64,000 nucleotides of DNA. Origin: an uncultured candidate division Zixibacteria bacterium (GTDB taxonomy: Bacteria > Zixibacteria > MSB-5A5 > GN15 > PGXB01). The stretch spans positions 2,688,001-2,752,000 of the forward strand of contig OY969724.1 of NCBI GenBank assembly GCA_963702205.1. Direction: 5' to 3'. This document shows, one piece after another, positions 1 to 9,376 of this stretch. Made by a program: the position numbers and the translations under genes. Every line of letters starts with the position of its first letter. Position 1 is the first letter of the stretch. The notes under the pieces are model-generated. The model searched no databases. It saw only the letters and a program-made list of their open reading frames with translations, and was not told the DNA's origin.

Positions 1-882
1 CAGTCGGTGGATCAGATTTATTTCCGTCCCGATGGCGATGACCGACCCGGCGGGCTGATCTTTGACGTATTTCACGATAAAACTGGTCGAGCCGTTGGCG
101 TCGGCATTTTGAGTCACCTCCGGCGGACATTCCGGGTGCACGACAATTTTCACCCCCGGATATTGCTTACGAGTCTCGTCGATGTGTTGCGCCTTGAAAT
201 TGGTGTGGACGTGGCAGTGGCCCTTCCAAAGTATCACTCGCGCTTTGGCGATTTGGTCCATTGTCAGACCGCCGTCTTCGCGCGAGAAGTCCCAGATGAC
301 CATCTCTTCCGGCTTCAGGCCGTATTTGAGACCGGTATTGTACCCGAGATGCTGATCGGGAAAGAAAAACAGCTTCTCTCTTTTTGCGAAGCCCCATTTG
401 TAGGCGGCGTCGGCGTTGGACGACGTGCAAATCAGCCCACCGTGCTCGCCGGTGAAGGCTTTAAGGCCCGCCGCGCTGTTCATGTACGAAATCGGGAGAA
501 TCTTTTCATCACCACCGAACTCCTCCAAAAGCTTCCAGGCCTCCATGACGTCGGCCATTTCGGCCATGTCGGCCATGGGGCACCCGGCCAGGGGGTTCGG
601 CAGAAAGACCGTTTGATTGTCGTCGGTCAGGATATCCGCCGATTCGGCCATGAAATGTACCCCGCAGAAAAAGATATATTCGGCATTTTTTTGCGAGGCA
701 GCGATTTTGGACAGACCATAGGAATCACCAATGGCGTCGCCGAACTCAACCACTTCCATGCGCTGGTAATGGTGCGCCAGAATAATGGCTTTGTCGCCCA
801 GTTTTTTCTTCGCCGACCGGACCCGTTCCTTTAAATCGGCGACCGGGGCCTCACGGTATTCCTGTGGTAATGAGAAGTACAT
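1..882 (-). CDS. nadA: quinolinate synthase NadA (3' end runs off the window)
   Basis: Not in the ORF track. Manual minus-strand translation from ATG at 882 gives MYFSLPQEY...ILAHHYQRMEVVEFGDAIGDSYGLS...FCGVHFMAESADIL...AGCPMADMA, the NadA signature motifs. Confidence 0.95.
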   Translation of the reverse strand, partial: MYFSLPQEYREAPVADLKERVRSAKKKLGDKAIILAHHYQRMEVVEFGDAIGDSYGLSKIAASQKNAEYIFFCGVHFMAESADILTDDNQTVFLPNPLAGCPMADMAEMADVMEAWKLLEEFGGDEKILPISYMNSAAGLKAFTGEHGGLICTSSNADAAYKWGFAKREKLFFFPDQHLGYNTGLKYGLKPEEMVIWDFSREDGGLTMDQIAKARVILWKGHCHVHTNFKAQHIDETRKQYPGVKIVVHPECPPEVTQNADANGSTSFIVKYVKDQPAGSVIAIGTEINLIHRL

Positions 883-954
883 GGTATCTATTCAATCACC
901 CTTTCTACCTGTGATAATGATATGCTGCCCCGCATTGTTCCCAAAGATAGATAA

Positions 955-1440
955 CTACTGCCCATTTTCCAGCGATTTTAGAAAGGTCAGGACTTTATCA
1001 TTATCGGGGATGTTCAGCAAGCCGACGTGCTCGATATAGCGGACAATGCCCTCGCGGTCGACGATAAATATATATCTGTCCGCGATGCCCTTGTCTTCGA
1101 GAAAAACGCCATACTTACGAGCCACTTCACCGTGCGGCCAGAAGTCGGACAGGAGGTTAAAAGATATACCGCCGATTGATTTTGACCACGACTGATGCGC
1201 CGGGATCGAATCCGAAGAAATACCGAGGACGACCGTATCAAGGTTTTCGAATTCCTTCAGCTGATTTTCGTAGCTGGGCATCTGATTGCTGCAAACCGGG
1301 GTATAATCCAGGGGATAAAACGCAATCACGACGTTTTTGCGACCCGCAAAATCCGAAAGCTTGATCCTTCCGCCGATATGCGTGGGGAGATTGAAATCGG
1401 GCGCTTTTTTCCCGATTTTCACCTTGCCGAATATGGCCAT
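955..1440 (-). CDS. peroxiredoxin, AhpC/TSA family (AhpE-like)
   Basis: APDFNL and [10 protein letters not shown] peroxidatic motif, [17 protein letters not shown]. Start reassigned to ATG 1440 (AGAGGA upstream) because the track's 5' extension overlaps a separate small gene. Confidence 0.9.
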   Translation of the reverse strand: MAIFGKVKIGKKAPDFNLPTHIGGRIKLSDFAGRKNVVIAFYPLDYTPVCSNQMPSYENQLKEFENLDTVVLGISSDSIPAHQSWSKSIGGISFNLLSDFWPHGEVARKYGVFLEDKGIADRYIFIVDREGIVRYIEHVGLLNIPDNDKVLTFLKSLENGQ

Positions 1441-1450
1441 GGTTTTTCCT

Positions 1451-1558
1451 CTACCCGGCTTTTTCGAACTTGTCTTGGGGGGCGCTGCACACCGGGCACG
1501 ATACCGGCGGCTTTTCGCCCTCGTGCGGATAACCGCAGACACTGCAAACCCAGGTCAT
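1451..1558 (-). CDS. stand-alone rubredoxin-like protein, 35 aa
   Basis: Manual translation [35 protein letters not shown]; two CxxC motifs in rubrerythrin C-terminal-domain spacing; GAGGA SD. Below the ORF-track size cutoff. Confidence 0.88.
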   Translation of the reverse strand: MTWVCSVCGYPHEGEKPPVSCPVCSAPQDKFEKAG

Positions 1559-1565
1559 ATTATCC

Positions 1566-2069
1566 TCAATCCTCCATCGGCTGTGTGCCGTCGGCGGAAA
1601 ACCAGTAATAATTGCCGGCCAAAGCTTCCTTCTCGGCCATCAATATCTCGAAATGCCCGTTTTCTTCATCGGCCAGGTCCTGCAATATGGTCCTGAATTC
1701 ATCGCTTTTCACGGCTTCTTTGGCGGCCATGTAAAACTTGGTCGTCACGCGTTCGGCTTCGATAGCCAGGCCGATATATTCCACCTCCGAATGAAGGTGT
1801 TTCAATTTACCTTTTTCGAAAACGGTAGCCAGGGCATCGAGCCCGCGATCCGGCAGTTCACCGAGCGGCTCGCTTACAAATTTTTTAAACACACCCCTCA
1901 GAATCGCTTCGTGACGGATTTCATCGTCACGAAGAGTTTCAAGTCGTCTTTTGGCGTCGGGGTTGGTCGTCTTGTCCGCCAATAGGCCGTAAAAAGTGTG
2001 GCCGTTCACTTCTCCCTTTATGGCATATCTCAGCAGTGTCGCTTCGTCCTTCAATTGCTCGTCATACAT
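1566..2069 (-). CDS. ferritin-like di-iron protein (rubrerythrin family, no rubredoxin domain)
   Basis: Duplicated E...ExxH motifs (GEVNG/DEIRH, EAER/EENGH). Confidence 0.85.
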   Translation of the reverse strand: MYDEQLKDEATLLRYAIKGEVNGHTFYGLLADKTTNPDAKRRLETLRDDEIRHEAILRGVFKKFVSEPLGELPDRGLDALATVFEKGKLKHLHSEVEYIGLAIEAERVTTKFYMAAKEAVKSDEFRTILQDLADEENGHFEILMAEKEALAGNYYWFSADGTQPMED

Positions 2070-2120
2070 CAGTCGTTACCTCGTAATCAATTATCCATCC
2101 GTAAATTATCGAGCAAAATA

Positions 2121-2279
2121 TCACTTCTTCTCCAAATTTTCAAGCGCTTTTCTCAGTTTGGCGAGCTTTTTCTCCTGACGCACCCGCGCATTGCGTTCGA
2201 AAATCCCCCCAAAACGGTTCTTCTCAAGCTGGAGCTCCAGCTCTTCGATCTCTTTTTTCAACTTTTCTATTTCTTCCAT
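2121..2279 (-). CDS. small coiled-coil hypothetical protein, 52 aa
   Basis: MEEIEKLKKEIEELELQLEKNRFGGIFERNARVRQEKKLAKLRKALENLEKK*; starts 1 nt after the gltX stop with a GAGGGG SD and fills the gap. Confidence 0.7.
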   Translation of the reverse strand: MEEIEKLKKEIEELELQLEKNRFGGIFERNARVRQEKKLAKLRKALENLEKK

Positions 2280-2280
2280 A

Positions 2281-3729
2281 TCAATCCCCTCGCTTTTTTA
2301 TAAAGTCAATTGCCTTTTGCAGGCGGCCGACTACCGCGGGCTGCCCGAGGGCTTCCAGCATTTCATACAGTCCCGGCCCCACCGTGGTTCCCGAAACCGC
2401 CAGCCGGGTCGGATGAATCAGCTTGCCCTTCTTCACACCGAGCTCCTCGGCCAGCGAATTTATAGCTGCCGCGATATCGTCGTGTTTGAAACTTTTCAAC
2501 TGCTCAAAACCGACTTTGAGTTTTTCCAGCAGCATCAGTCCTTCATCGTTGAACTGCTTTTGAGCCGCTTCGGCATCGTACTCGAACTCATCGGAGAAGA
2601 AATATTCGCTCTTCTCGACAAATTCCGTCAGCCGCTTGCATCGTTCTTTCAGCATCGCGATTATTTCGAGCAGGTACTGCCAGCGTGTCTCCAACCAGTA
2701 CTTGGTCGTAAATCCGGCCGCCACCAGCATCGGCGCGACCATATCGGCCAGCTTGTGATCGGGGGTATGCATTATGTACTGCTGGTTTAAGGCCAGCAGT
2801 TTCTCTTCATTGAAAATCGGATTGGCCTTATTGACATTCTCCAGTACAAAAGCCTCGATTAATTCTTCACGAGACATATACTCCCGGTCGTCCTTGGGTG
2901 ACCAACCCAGCAGACACAGGAAATTAAAGAGTGCTTCGGGCAGGATACCTTCATGGCCGTACTCGGCGACGTCTTTATCACCGAGACGTTTCGATACTTT
3001 TTTCTTGTCGGGACGGAGAATCAGCGGCACGTGGGCAAACTCGGGAATCTCCAGGTCCAGCGCCCGGTACAATAATATTTGTTTGAAAGTATTTGTTATA
3101 TGATCGTTGCCCCTTATGACGTGCGTGATGCCCATCTCGTGATCGTCGACGACGACGGCCATATTGTACACCGCCCGGCCATCGGAACGACAAACGACAA
3201 AATCTTCTATCTCGCTGTTTTCACGAGTTAAATCACCAAGAATCAGGTCATGATATGTCGTGGATCCTTCCGGTATATCCAGCCGAACGGCAAATGGTGT
3301 CTTATTATCGATCAATTTCTTTTCTTCTCCAGGCGCGCTTTTTAGCCAGTTGCGGTCGATCCTTACGTCTTTGGATTCAGCCGCCAGTTCTTTACGCTTT
3401 TGCTCCATTTCTTCCGGCGTACGAAAACACCGATAGGCCCGGCCTCTGTCCAGGAGTTTGTCGACATATGTGTTATATCTTTCCAACCGCTGGGATTGGA
3501 AATACGGCTCCTCATCCCAGTCGAGCCCCAGCCATTTTAAGGCATCGAGGATAGGGTCGATCAGCGACGAATCGGAGCGGGCGGAGTCGGTATCTTCGAT
3601 ACGAACCAGAAATTTACCGCCGGTTTTGCGGGCATAAAGCCAGTTGAAAATAGCAGTACGGGCCGTGCCGACGTGCAGATAACCCGATGGCGATGGTGCA
3701 ATTCTAACTTTGACAGGTTTATCGGACAT
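2281..3729 (-). CDS. gltX: glutamate--tRNA ligase
   Basis: RIAPSPSGYLHVG (HIGH), RIEDTD, KKVSKR (KMSKS-like), C-terminal anticodon domain. Confidence 0.97.
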   Translation of the reverse strand: MSDKPVKVRIAPSPSGYLHVGTARTAIFNWLYARKTGGKFLVRIEDTDSARSDSSLIDPILDALKWLGLDWDEEPYFQSQRLERYNTYVDKLLDRGRAYRCFRTPEEMEQKRKELAAESKDVRIDRNWLKSAPGEEKKLIDNKTPFAVRLDIPEGSTTYHDLILGDLTRENSEIEDFVVCRSDGRAVYNMAVVVDDHEMGITHVIRGNDHITNTFKQILLYRALDLEIPEFAHVPLILRPDKKKVSKRLGDKDVAEYGHEGILPEALFNFLCLLGWSPKDDREYMSREELIEAFVLENVNKANPIFNEEKLLALNQQYIMHTPDHKLADMVAPMLVAAGFTTKYWLETRWQYLLEIIAMLKERCKRLTEFVEKSEYFFSDEFEYDAEAAQKQFNDEGLMLLEKLKVGFEQLKSFKHDDIAAAINSLAEELGVKKGKLIHPTRLAVSGTTVGPGLYEMLEALGQPAVVGRLQKAIDFIKKRGD

Positions 3730-3786
3730 AACTAATTGCTCTCTTATTTTAATTAATTCGACCCGGCAGCCAATGCCGAAATCAAC

Positions 3787-4314
3787 TCAGTTTTTATCTT
3801 CGGGCGGCTCGATATCGGGCGGAAGCGGCTGCACCGGAGGCGGCGGCGGGGGCGGTCCGAGTGGTGGAGGTGGTGGTGGGGGCGGCGGAGCCGGCTGTTG
3901 TGGCGGTGGTGTCTGATAGGCTTGAGGCTGTGAAGGTTGATATCCGCTGTATGAATACGGAGGCAGGTTGGCCGGGATATCCACGAATTCCAATTCGATT
4001 CCGCCGAGAAGCTTGGCAGCCAGATTGTAAATGAAAGTGGCAATAATGCACAAAATCGTGTTGAAAATGGCGCCAAGGAAACCGTAGATGATAACCAGCA
4101 GTATTATCATCACGATGCCTCCCGCGGCTCCGCTTCCCTCGTTGAAAAATGGCATAGAACTGCCGCCGATTTCGCCCATCTGCGAAGCCAGCGCCATGAA
4201 GAAACTCATGAACGTGCCAACCACAAAGCCGATAATGGCTCCAAGTACCAGATTAACCACGAAAGAGATTTTAATAATCGACCAGTAGCCGATTGATTTA
4301 AGTTCAAGCTTCAT
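3787..4314 (-). CDS. two-TM membrane protein (DUF3566-like) with poly-proline tail
   Basis: LKSIGYWSIIK...YNLAAKLLGGIELE pattern, two hydrophobic helices, Pro-rich C-terminus. Confidence 0.65.
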   Translation of the reverse strand: MKLELKSIGYWSIIKISFVVNLVLGAIIGFVVGTFMSFFMALASQMGEIGGSSMPFFNEGSGAAGGIVMIILLVIIYGFLGAIFNTILCIIATFIYNLAAKLLGGIELEFVDIPANLPPYSYSGYQPSQPQAYQTPPPQQPAPPPPPPPPPLGPPPPPPPVQPLPPDIEPPEDKN

Positions 4315-4448
4315 GCCTCACCTCTTTAGTTTTCAGGCATTGTTCGCCCTATTATGGTCAGGAATATATAATGCTTCCATTAATTTATGTCTATCTAATA
4401 CACGGCACGTCAGGATTCAATTAAAAACATCTGTGTTATCTTGCGGAA

Positions 4449-6557
4449 TCACTCGACTTTGATTATGAACCGCGCATCGACCGCCTTCGATTTGCCCTTG
4501 CCCGATTGTGAAATAAAAGGGTTGATGTCTATTTCGGAGAATTGATCGAAATCGGTCACCAGCTGCGACAAGCGCAGGAGCGATTCTTTCAGGGTCGGGA
4601 TATCGGCCGGTTCGCTGCCGCGAAAACCGGTCAGAAGCGGGTACGATTTCAACGAGCGGATCATCTCGTCGACGTTGTTGACATTCAGCGGATTGATACG
4701 AAACGCGACGTCTTTGAGAATCTCCACGTAAATCCCGCCCAGTCCGAACATGATCAGAGGGCCGAACGAGGGGTCGGTGGTCATACCCATGACCGTCTCT
4801 ACCCCACCGGTCACCATCTCCTGCACCAAAACCGTGAACCGGTCGTTTTTTTTGGATACGGATGCAATCTTCTTTTTGAGCTTTGCGAAGGCGGCGCGGA
4901 CTTCTTTAGCCGTCCGTAAATCGATCACGACCGCTCCCATTTCCGTCTTGTGCAAAATCTGAGGTGTATTGACTTTAAGTACGACCGGGTAGCCGATTTC
5001 ATCGGCGAAAGTAATCGCCTCTTTCTCCGATGAAGCGATCCGACACTCGGTCGTCGGAATACCATAGGCTCTTAAGATATTCGATGCTTTGTCACCAATG
5101 ATGGAATCCTGCCCTGATTTAATGGCGTCGTCAAGAACCGTCTGCACCGCCTTTTTATCCACGCGGAAATTTTTCGGTAACGACTGCGGCCGGTCCAGCC
5201 ACTGGCGATAGGCGTCTATTTGCGACAGAGTCTTGGCAATGGCTTCGGGAAATTGATAAACCGGGACGCCGTTTTCTTTTAGATGCTGCACGCCCCGCGT
5301 ATCCTCACCGGCACCCATGAAGCAAGCCAGCACGGATTTTTTGGTGCCCTTTATGCCTTTCAGGATCGCTTCGGCTACGTTCATCTGATTGGCCGTCACC
5401 GGCGGTACGAATATCGACACGATACTATCGAAGTCGGGTTCGTCGCGCAGGACTTTCAGTGCCGTTTCAAAATGTTCTCCCCCGGCCCCGGCCACAAGGT
5501 CCAGAGGATTGTTGATTGTCCCCTGCCCGGATAGCGCCTTCTTGAGGCTGTTTTTCGTGGCCGGTTTGAACGGAGCCACGCGCATGCCAAGACTGACCAG
5601 GGCGTCGGTTGCCAGCAGAGCCGGTCCCCCGGCGTTGGAAACGATCGCGACCCGGTTGCCTTTGGGTATCGGCTGCTTGGACAGTGCCGCCGCCACGTCG
5701 AAAAGTTCCTCCACCGATGACACCCGCAGTACGCCGCACTGATCGAACAGGGCGTCGACGCCGACGTCCAGCTCGGCCAGCGCCCCGGTATGCGATGACG
5801 CCGCCTGTGCTCCCTGCTTGGTTCGACCGGATTTCACCGCCACGATCGGTTTGGTGCGCGAAATCTCGCGGGCGATTTTGGTAAACCGCCGGGGATTGCC
5901 GAAGTTTTCAAGATACAACAGAATGATGTCGGTTTCCGGATCGTCCGCCCAGTACTCCAGTATATCATTGGCCGAAATATCCGCCTTGTTGCCGATCGAC
6001 GCTACCATCGAAAAGCCCAGCCCGATGACCGTCGCATGGTTCATGATCGCCTCGCCCAGCGCGCCCGACTGCGAAATAAACCCGACCCGCCCATAACGCG
6101 GATGAGTCTTTCCAAAAGTGCAATTCAGGTTGACCTGAGGATTGGCGTTGACGACCCCGAAGCAATTGGGGCCAACCATGCGCATCCGGTACTTATTGCA
6201 AATTTCTATCACTTGATTTTCAAGTTCCAGCCCCCGGCCGCCCACTTCACGGAAACCGGCCGAGATAACCACCAGCCCACGGACGCCTTTCTGGCCGCAT
6301 TGTTCGGCGACCTCCGGGACAAAATCACGCGGGACGACAATTATGGCCATATCGACGGCGTCGGGGACGTCGAGTATGGTCGAATAACATTTAATCGAAT
6401 GAATTACCGAAGCTTTGGGATTGACGGGAAAAACTTTGCCGTTGAATTCATTGGAAATAATATTATGAAGAATTTCGCGCCCGATGGTACCTTTGCGGGT
6501 CGAAGCTCCGATTACAGCCACCGAGTTGGGCCGGAAAATATAATCAAGATCGTGCAT
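4449..6557 (-). CDS. acetate/acyl-CoA ligase (ADP-forming), fused alpha-beta
   Basis: CoA-binding N-terminus (VAVIGAS, GPNCFG), SHTGALA phospho-His, C-terminal ATP-grasp (HKTEMG, IDINP). Confidence 0.9.
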   Translation of the reverse strand: MHDLDYIFRPNSVAVIGASTRKGTIGREILHNIISNEFNGKVFPVNPKASVIHSIKCYSTILDVPDAVDMAIIVVPRDFVPEVAEQCGQKGVRGLVVISAGFREVGGRGLELENQVIEICNKYRMRMVGPNCFGVVNANPQVNLNCTFGKTHPRYGRVGFISQSGALGEAIMNHATVIGLGFSMVASIGNKADISANDILEYWADDPETDIILLYLENFGNPRRFTKIAREISRTKPIVAVKSGRTKQGAQAASSHTGALAELDVGVDALFDQCGVLRVSSVEELFDVAAALSKQPIPKGNRVAIVSNAGGPALLATDALVSLGMRVAPFKPATKNSLKKALSGQGTINNPLDLVAGAGGEHFETALKVLRDEPDFDSIVSIFVPPVTANQMNVAEAILKGIKGTKKSVLACFMGAGEDTRGVQHLKENGVPVYQFPEAIAKTLSQIDAYRQWLDRPQSLPKNFRVDKKAVQTVLDDAIKSGQDSIIGDKASNILRAYGIPTTECRIASSEKEAITFADEIGYPVVLKVNTPQILHKTEMGAVVIDLRTAKEVRAAFAKLKKKIASVSKKNDRFTVLVQEMVTGGVETVMGMTTDPSFGPLIMFGLGGIYVEILKDVAFRINPLNVNNVDEMIRSLKSYPLLTGFRGSEPADIPTLKESLLRLSQLVTDFDQFSEIDINPFISQSGKGKSKAVDARFIIKVE

Positions 6558-6671
6558 AATTATATCCTTGTCTTAAGAAAACAGGCTCAATACGCTTTAA
6601 TATAACAGGTTACATAAAGCAATCAATATGGTACGAAAAAGTCAAGGTTTAAATGATACAAGCCAGTGGGC

Positions 6672-6703
6672 AAAAAAAATGGCCCCATTTTTCAATGGGG
6701 CCA
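6672..6703 (-). terminator. intrinsic terminator
   Basis: tggccccatt-tttc-aatggggcca stem with A8 on the + strand (U-tract on minus), just after the 6730 stop. Confidence 0.75.
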
Positions 6704-6729
6704 CTGGGCGAGGTAGGGATAAGAGGGAA

Positions 6730-7518
6730 CTAAGAGGAGTTATTGTTGTCTTCATCCGAGAGGTCGATCATTTTGAGACCCTCGGCGTAGTCCGTCACGC
6801 TGTCCCGGGTCAAATTCATCAGCTTCTGCATGACCGTGCGAATACGCATGGCCGACTCCTCGACCGTCTCGAGCTTCTTGATCAAATCCTTGTCGAGTTC
6901 ATCGCGCCGCATCAGGAGCAACTGGATGTTGCCGAGTACGGCTGTCAAAGGATTATTGATCTCATGATTGAGGGTGGTCGAAGTTTCGATGATCGCCTTG
7001 ATACGCTCTTTGCTGATCCTCTTATCCATATCGGCTATCGGCTCGCCCAATCCGGACGCCACCAGTGAAACTGAAAGCGCCGCCCCCAACGCTTCCAGAA
7101 AGACATCTTCCCTGACCAGCGAACCGGTCCCCGGCTGTATACCGATAACCGCGCCGAGTATTTTATTTTTGGTCTTGAGCGGCAGCGTAAAACCGGTTAC
7201 CGGGGTCTCACCGCCGAAAGACAGATAGGCCGAAATCAGGTTGTTATTTTTGCGCAGGCTTGAAAACAGATCGTTTTCGAGGTCGTCGAGTCGCTTCTTA
7301 TCCTGGTCAGTTTCGAAATAGCCCGCGGTCAGGATCGATTTGCTGTCGTCATCCCACAGAATCAAACGCGCCGCCGACATACCAAGAAGCCGCGCGGAAC
7401 TCCGCAGGGCGGCTTCGGCTATGATCGCCGGTTCGTTACCTGACGTCCATGATTGCGCAATTTCACGTAAAATATGGAATTGGGCCATGGCTTTGTTATG
7501 GGCAGTATCTTCAGACAT
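6730..7518 (-). CDS. GAF-like + HisKA (H-box) protein lacking an ATPase domain
   Basis: LNHEINNPLTAVLG H-box; protein ends about 75 aa later. Start uncertain (7518 or up to 7545). Confidence 0.75.
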   Translation of the reverse strand: MSEDTAHNKAMAQFHILREIAQSWTSGNEPAIIAEAALRSSARLLGMSAARLILWDDDSKSILTAGYFETDQDKKRLDDLENDLFSSLRKNNNLISAYLSFGGETPVTGFTLPLKTKNKILGAVIGIQPGTGSLVREDVFLEALGAALSVSLVASGLGEPIADMDKRISKERIKAIIETSTTLNHEINNPLTAVLGNIQLLLMRRDELDKDLIKKLETVEESAMRIRTVMQKLMNLTRDSVTDYAEGLKMIDLSDEDNNNSS

Positions 7519-7735
7519 AAATCTTCTCGAACGCATCTCACGCAAATCGTATGCCTTAAAATGGTGACCCTGTAGAATGTTATGTCTCTCTTCCCAGCCG
7601 ATTTTGATTCCGTAAGTCGACGGGCCGAAAGCGCTTGAGGATCAGCCATCAAACGAAGATATAAAAGGGCTGACCCTTTACACTCATGTCTGCACCTCAT
7701 TTCACATTTGCGGCATCATTATATCATTTGTGCCC

Positions 7736-7764
7736 TTGACAATGGACTGACACTCTATTAATAT
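7736..7764 (+). promoter_or_regulatory. sigma70-type promoter of purF
   Basis: TTGACA-17 nt-TAATAT. Confidence 0.55.
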
Positions 7765-7791
7765 AGGGGTTTTTACTGGCGGCGTAAAAAC

Positions 7792-9198
7792 ATGTTAGAC
7801 AATTTTTCGATGCACGACAATTGCGGCGTCTTCGCCATCTTCGGCTCTCCCCGGGCCGCCGAACTGACCTATTTTGCCCTTTATTCATTGCAGCATCGCG
7901 GACAGGAATCGGCCGGGATAGTGACTTCAGGCAACGGCTCGGTGCACATTTATAAAAATATGGGTGAGGTTAACGAAGTTTTCGCAGACCGGGACATCCT
8001 GAGTCGCCTGAAAGGCTCGATCGCGATCGGCCACACCCGCTATTCCACGACCGGCGCCTCATCGCTGACCAACATCCAGCCGCTTTTAATAACCAACCGC
8101 AGCCAGAAGCTGGCCATAGCCCACAACGGCAACCTGACCAATTCTTATCAGTTGCGCCAGAAACTGGAACGCAGCGGGTCGATTTTCCAGACGACGTCCG
8201 ATACGGAAATCTTCCTGCACCTTGCCGCCCTGTCGAAAAAACGGTCCTGGTTCAGCCGCTTGTGTGATACGATGAGTCATGTCGAGGGTGCGTATTCCAA
8301 TGTCTTTATAACCGAGGAAGCCGTATACGCCATGCGGGACCCGATGGGTTTCAGGCCGCTGTGCCTCGGTAAGTACAACCGCAAAGCTTATGTAATCGCG
8401 TCCGAAACGTGCGCTTTCGATATTATCGGCGCCAGGTATATCCGCGAGATAGAACCCGGTGAAGTGGTCGAGATCAGCCATAAGGGCATTCGTTCGGCCT
8501 TCCCGGTGAAGAAACGTCCTCATGCTTTTTGTATTTTTGAGTATATATATTTCGCCCGTCCGGATTCGAAAATTTTCGGCGAAAATGTCGATAAAATCCG
8601 CCGACGTCTGGGCCATCAGCTGGCCAAAGAGCATCCGGCGGACGCCGACATCGTCATCGGCATACCCGACTCCGCCAATACGGCCGCCCTGGGTTATTCC
8701 GAGGCGTCCGGTATAAAATTCGAAATCGGCCTGATCCGAAATCATTACGTGGGTCGGACCTTCATCGATCCGGAACAGAAAATCCGCGACCTCGACGTTA
8801 AAATAAAATTCAACCCTGTCAAAGGCGTGCTCAACGGCAAGCGAGTCGTGGTCGTCGATGATTCGATTGTCCGGGGGACGACCTCGCTGAAGCTGGTTAA
8901 ACTGATTCGCTCGGCCGGGGCCAAAGAGATACACATGCGGATTTCGGCGCCGCCGATTATTTCCCCCTGTTATTTCGGGATAGATATGCCGACCCGCGAA
9001 GAATTGATTGCCTCCTCGAAATCTGTCAAAAAGATCGAGCAATATCTGGGGGTCGACTCTCTGGGATATCTTTCTATCGACGGAATGCTTTCCATGCCGT
9101 CGTTGCCGAACGGCAGCTTTTGTGTCAGTTGTTTTTCGGGCCGCTATCCTTTGAAAACCGCCGCCGTGAACGACAAGTATCGCCTCGAAAAAGTATAA
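7792..9198 (+). CDS. purF: amidophosphoribosyltransferase
   Basis: Propeptide then CGVF, QHRGQES, HTRYST, VDDSIVRGTT PRPP motif, Fe-S cysteines (CVSCF). Confidence 0.97.
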   Translation: MLDNFSMHDNCGVFAIFGSPRAAELTYFALYSLQHRGQESAGIVTSGNGSVHIYKNMGEVNEVFADRDILSRLKGSIAIGHTRYSTTGASSLTNIQPLLITNRSQKLAIAHNGNLTNSYQLRQKLERSGSIFQTTSDTEIFLHLAALSKKRSWFSRLCDTMSHVEGAYSNVFITEEAVYAMRDPMGFRPLCLGKYNRKAYVIASETCAFDIIGARYIREIEPGEVVEISHKGIRSAFPVKKRPHAFCIFEYIYFARPDSKIFGENVDKIRRRLGHQLAKEHPADADIVIGIPDSANTAALGYSEASGIKFEIGLIRNHYVGRTFIDPEQKIRDLDVKIKFNPVKGVLNGKRVVVVDDSIVRGTTSLKLVKLIRSAGAKEIHMRISAPPIISPCYFGIDMPTREELIASSKSVKKIEQYLGVDSLGYLSIDGMLSMPSLPNGSFCVSCFSGRYPLKTAAVNDKYRLEKV

Positions 9199-9376
9199 CT
9201 TCACATAATCGTCATATATCATTTACACGCTGCAGGTTACCGCGAGTTCAACAATGCCTTCTTGACAATAATTAAAACAATCGTATTTTTAATCAGAATG
9301 ATTTACTAACCATCCGTTACTGTTAAGTATTACCGCCGTCTTGCCGTAAATAATTACAGACCCGGAGGACAAAACT

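Noticed and set aside
7..834. 275-aa plus-strand ORF
   Set aside because: Antisense shadow of nadA, which has clear motifs on the minus strand.
1441..1542. N-terminal extension of the peroxiredoxin ORF
   Set aside because: Overlaps the rubredoxin-like gene in another frame; ATG 1440 has its own SD.
1566..1568. Possible Sec readthrough of the ferritin-like gene TGA into the rubredoxin ORF
   Set aside because: An in-frame TAA follows after one codon, the rubredoxin ORF is in a different frame, and no convincing SECIS was seen.
7560..7790. Purine or ZTP riboswitch upstream of purF (or purU)
   Set aside because: No recognisable aptamer consensus; the predicted purF promoter leaves only a very short leader. 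An Rfam scan would settle it.
8086..9222. 378-aa minus-strand ORF
   Set aside because: Antisense to purF, no motifs.
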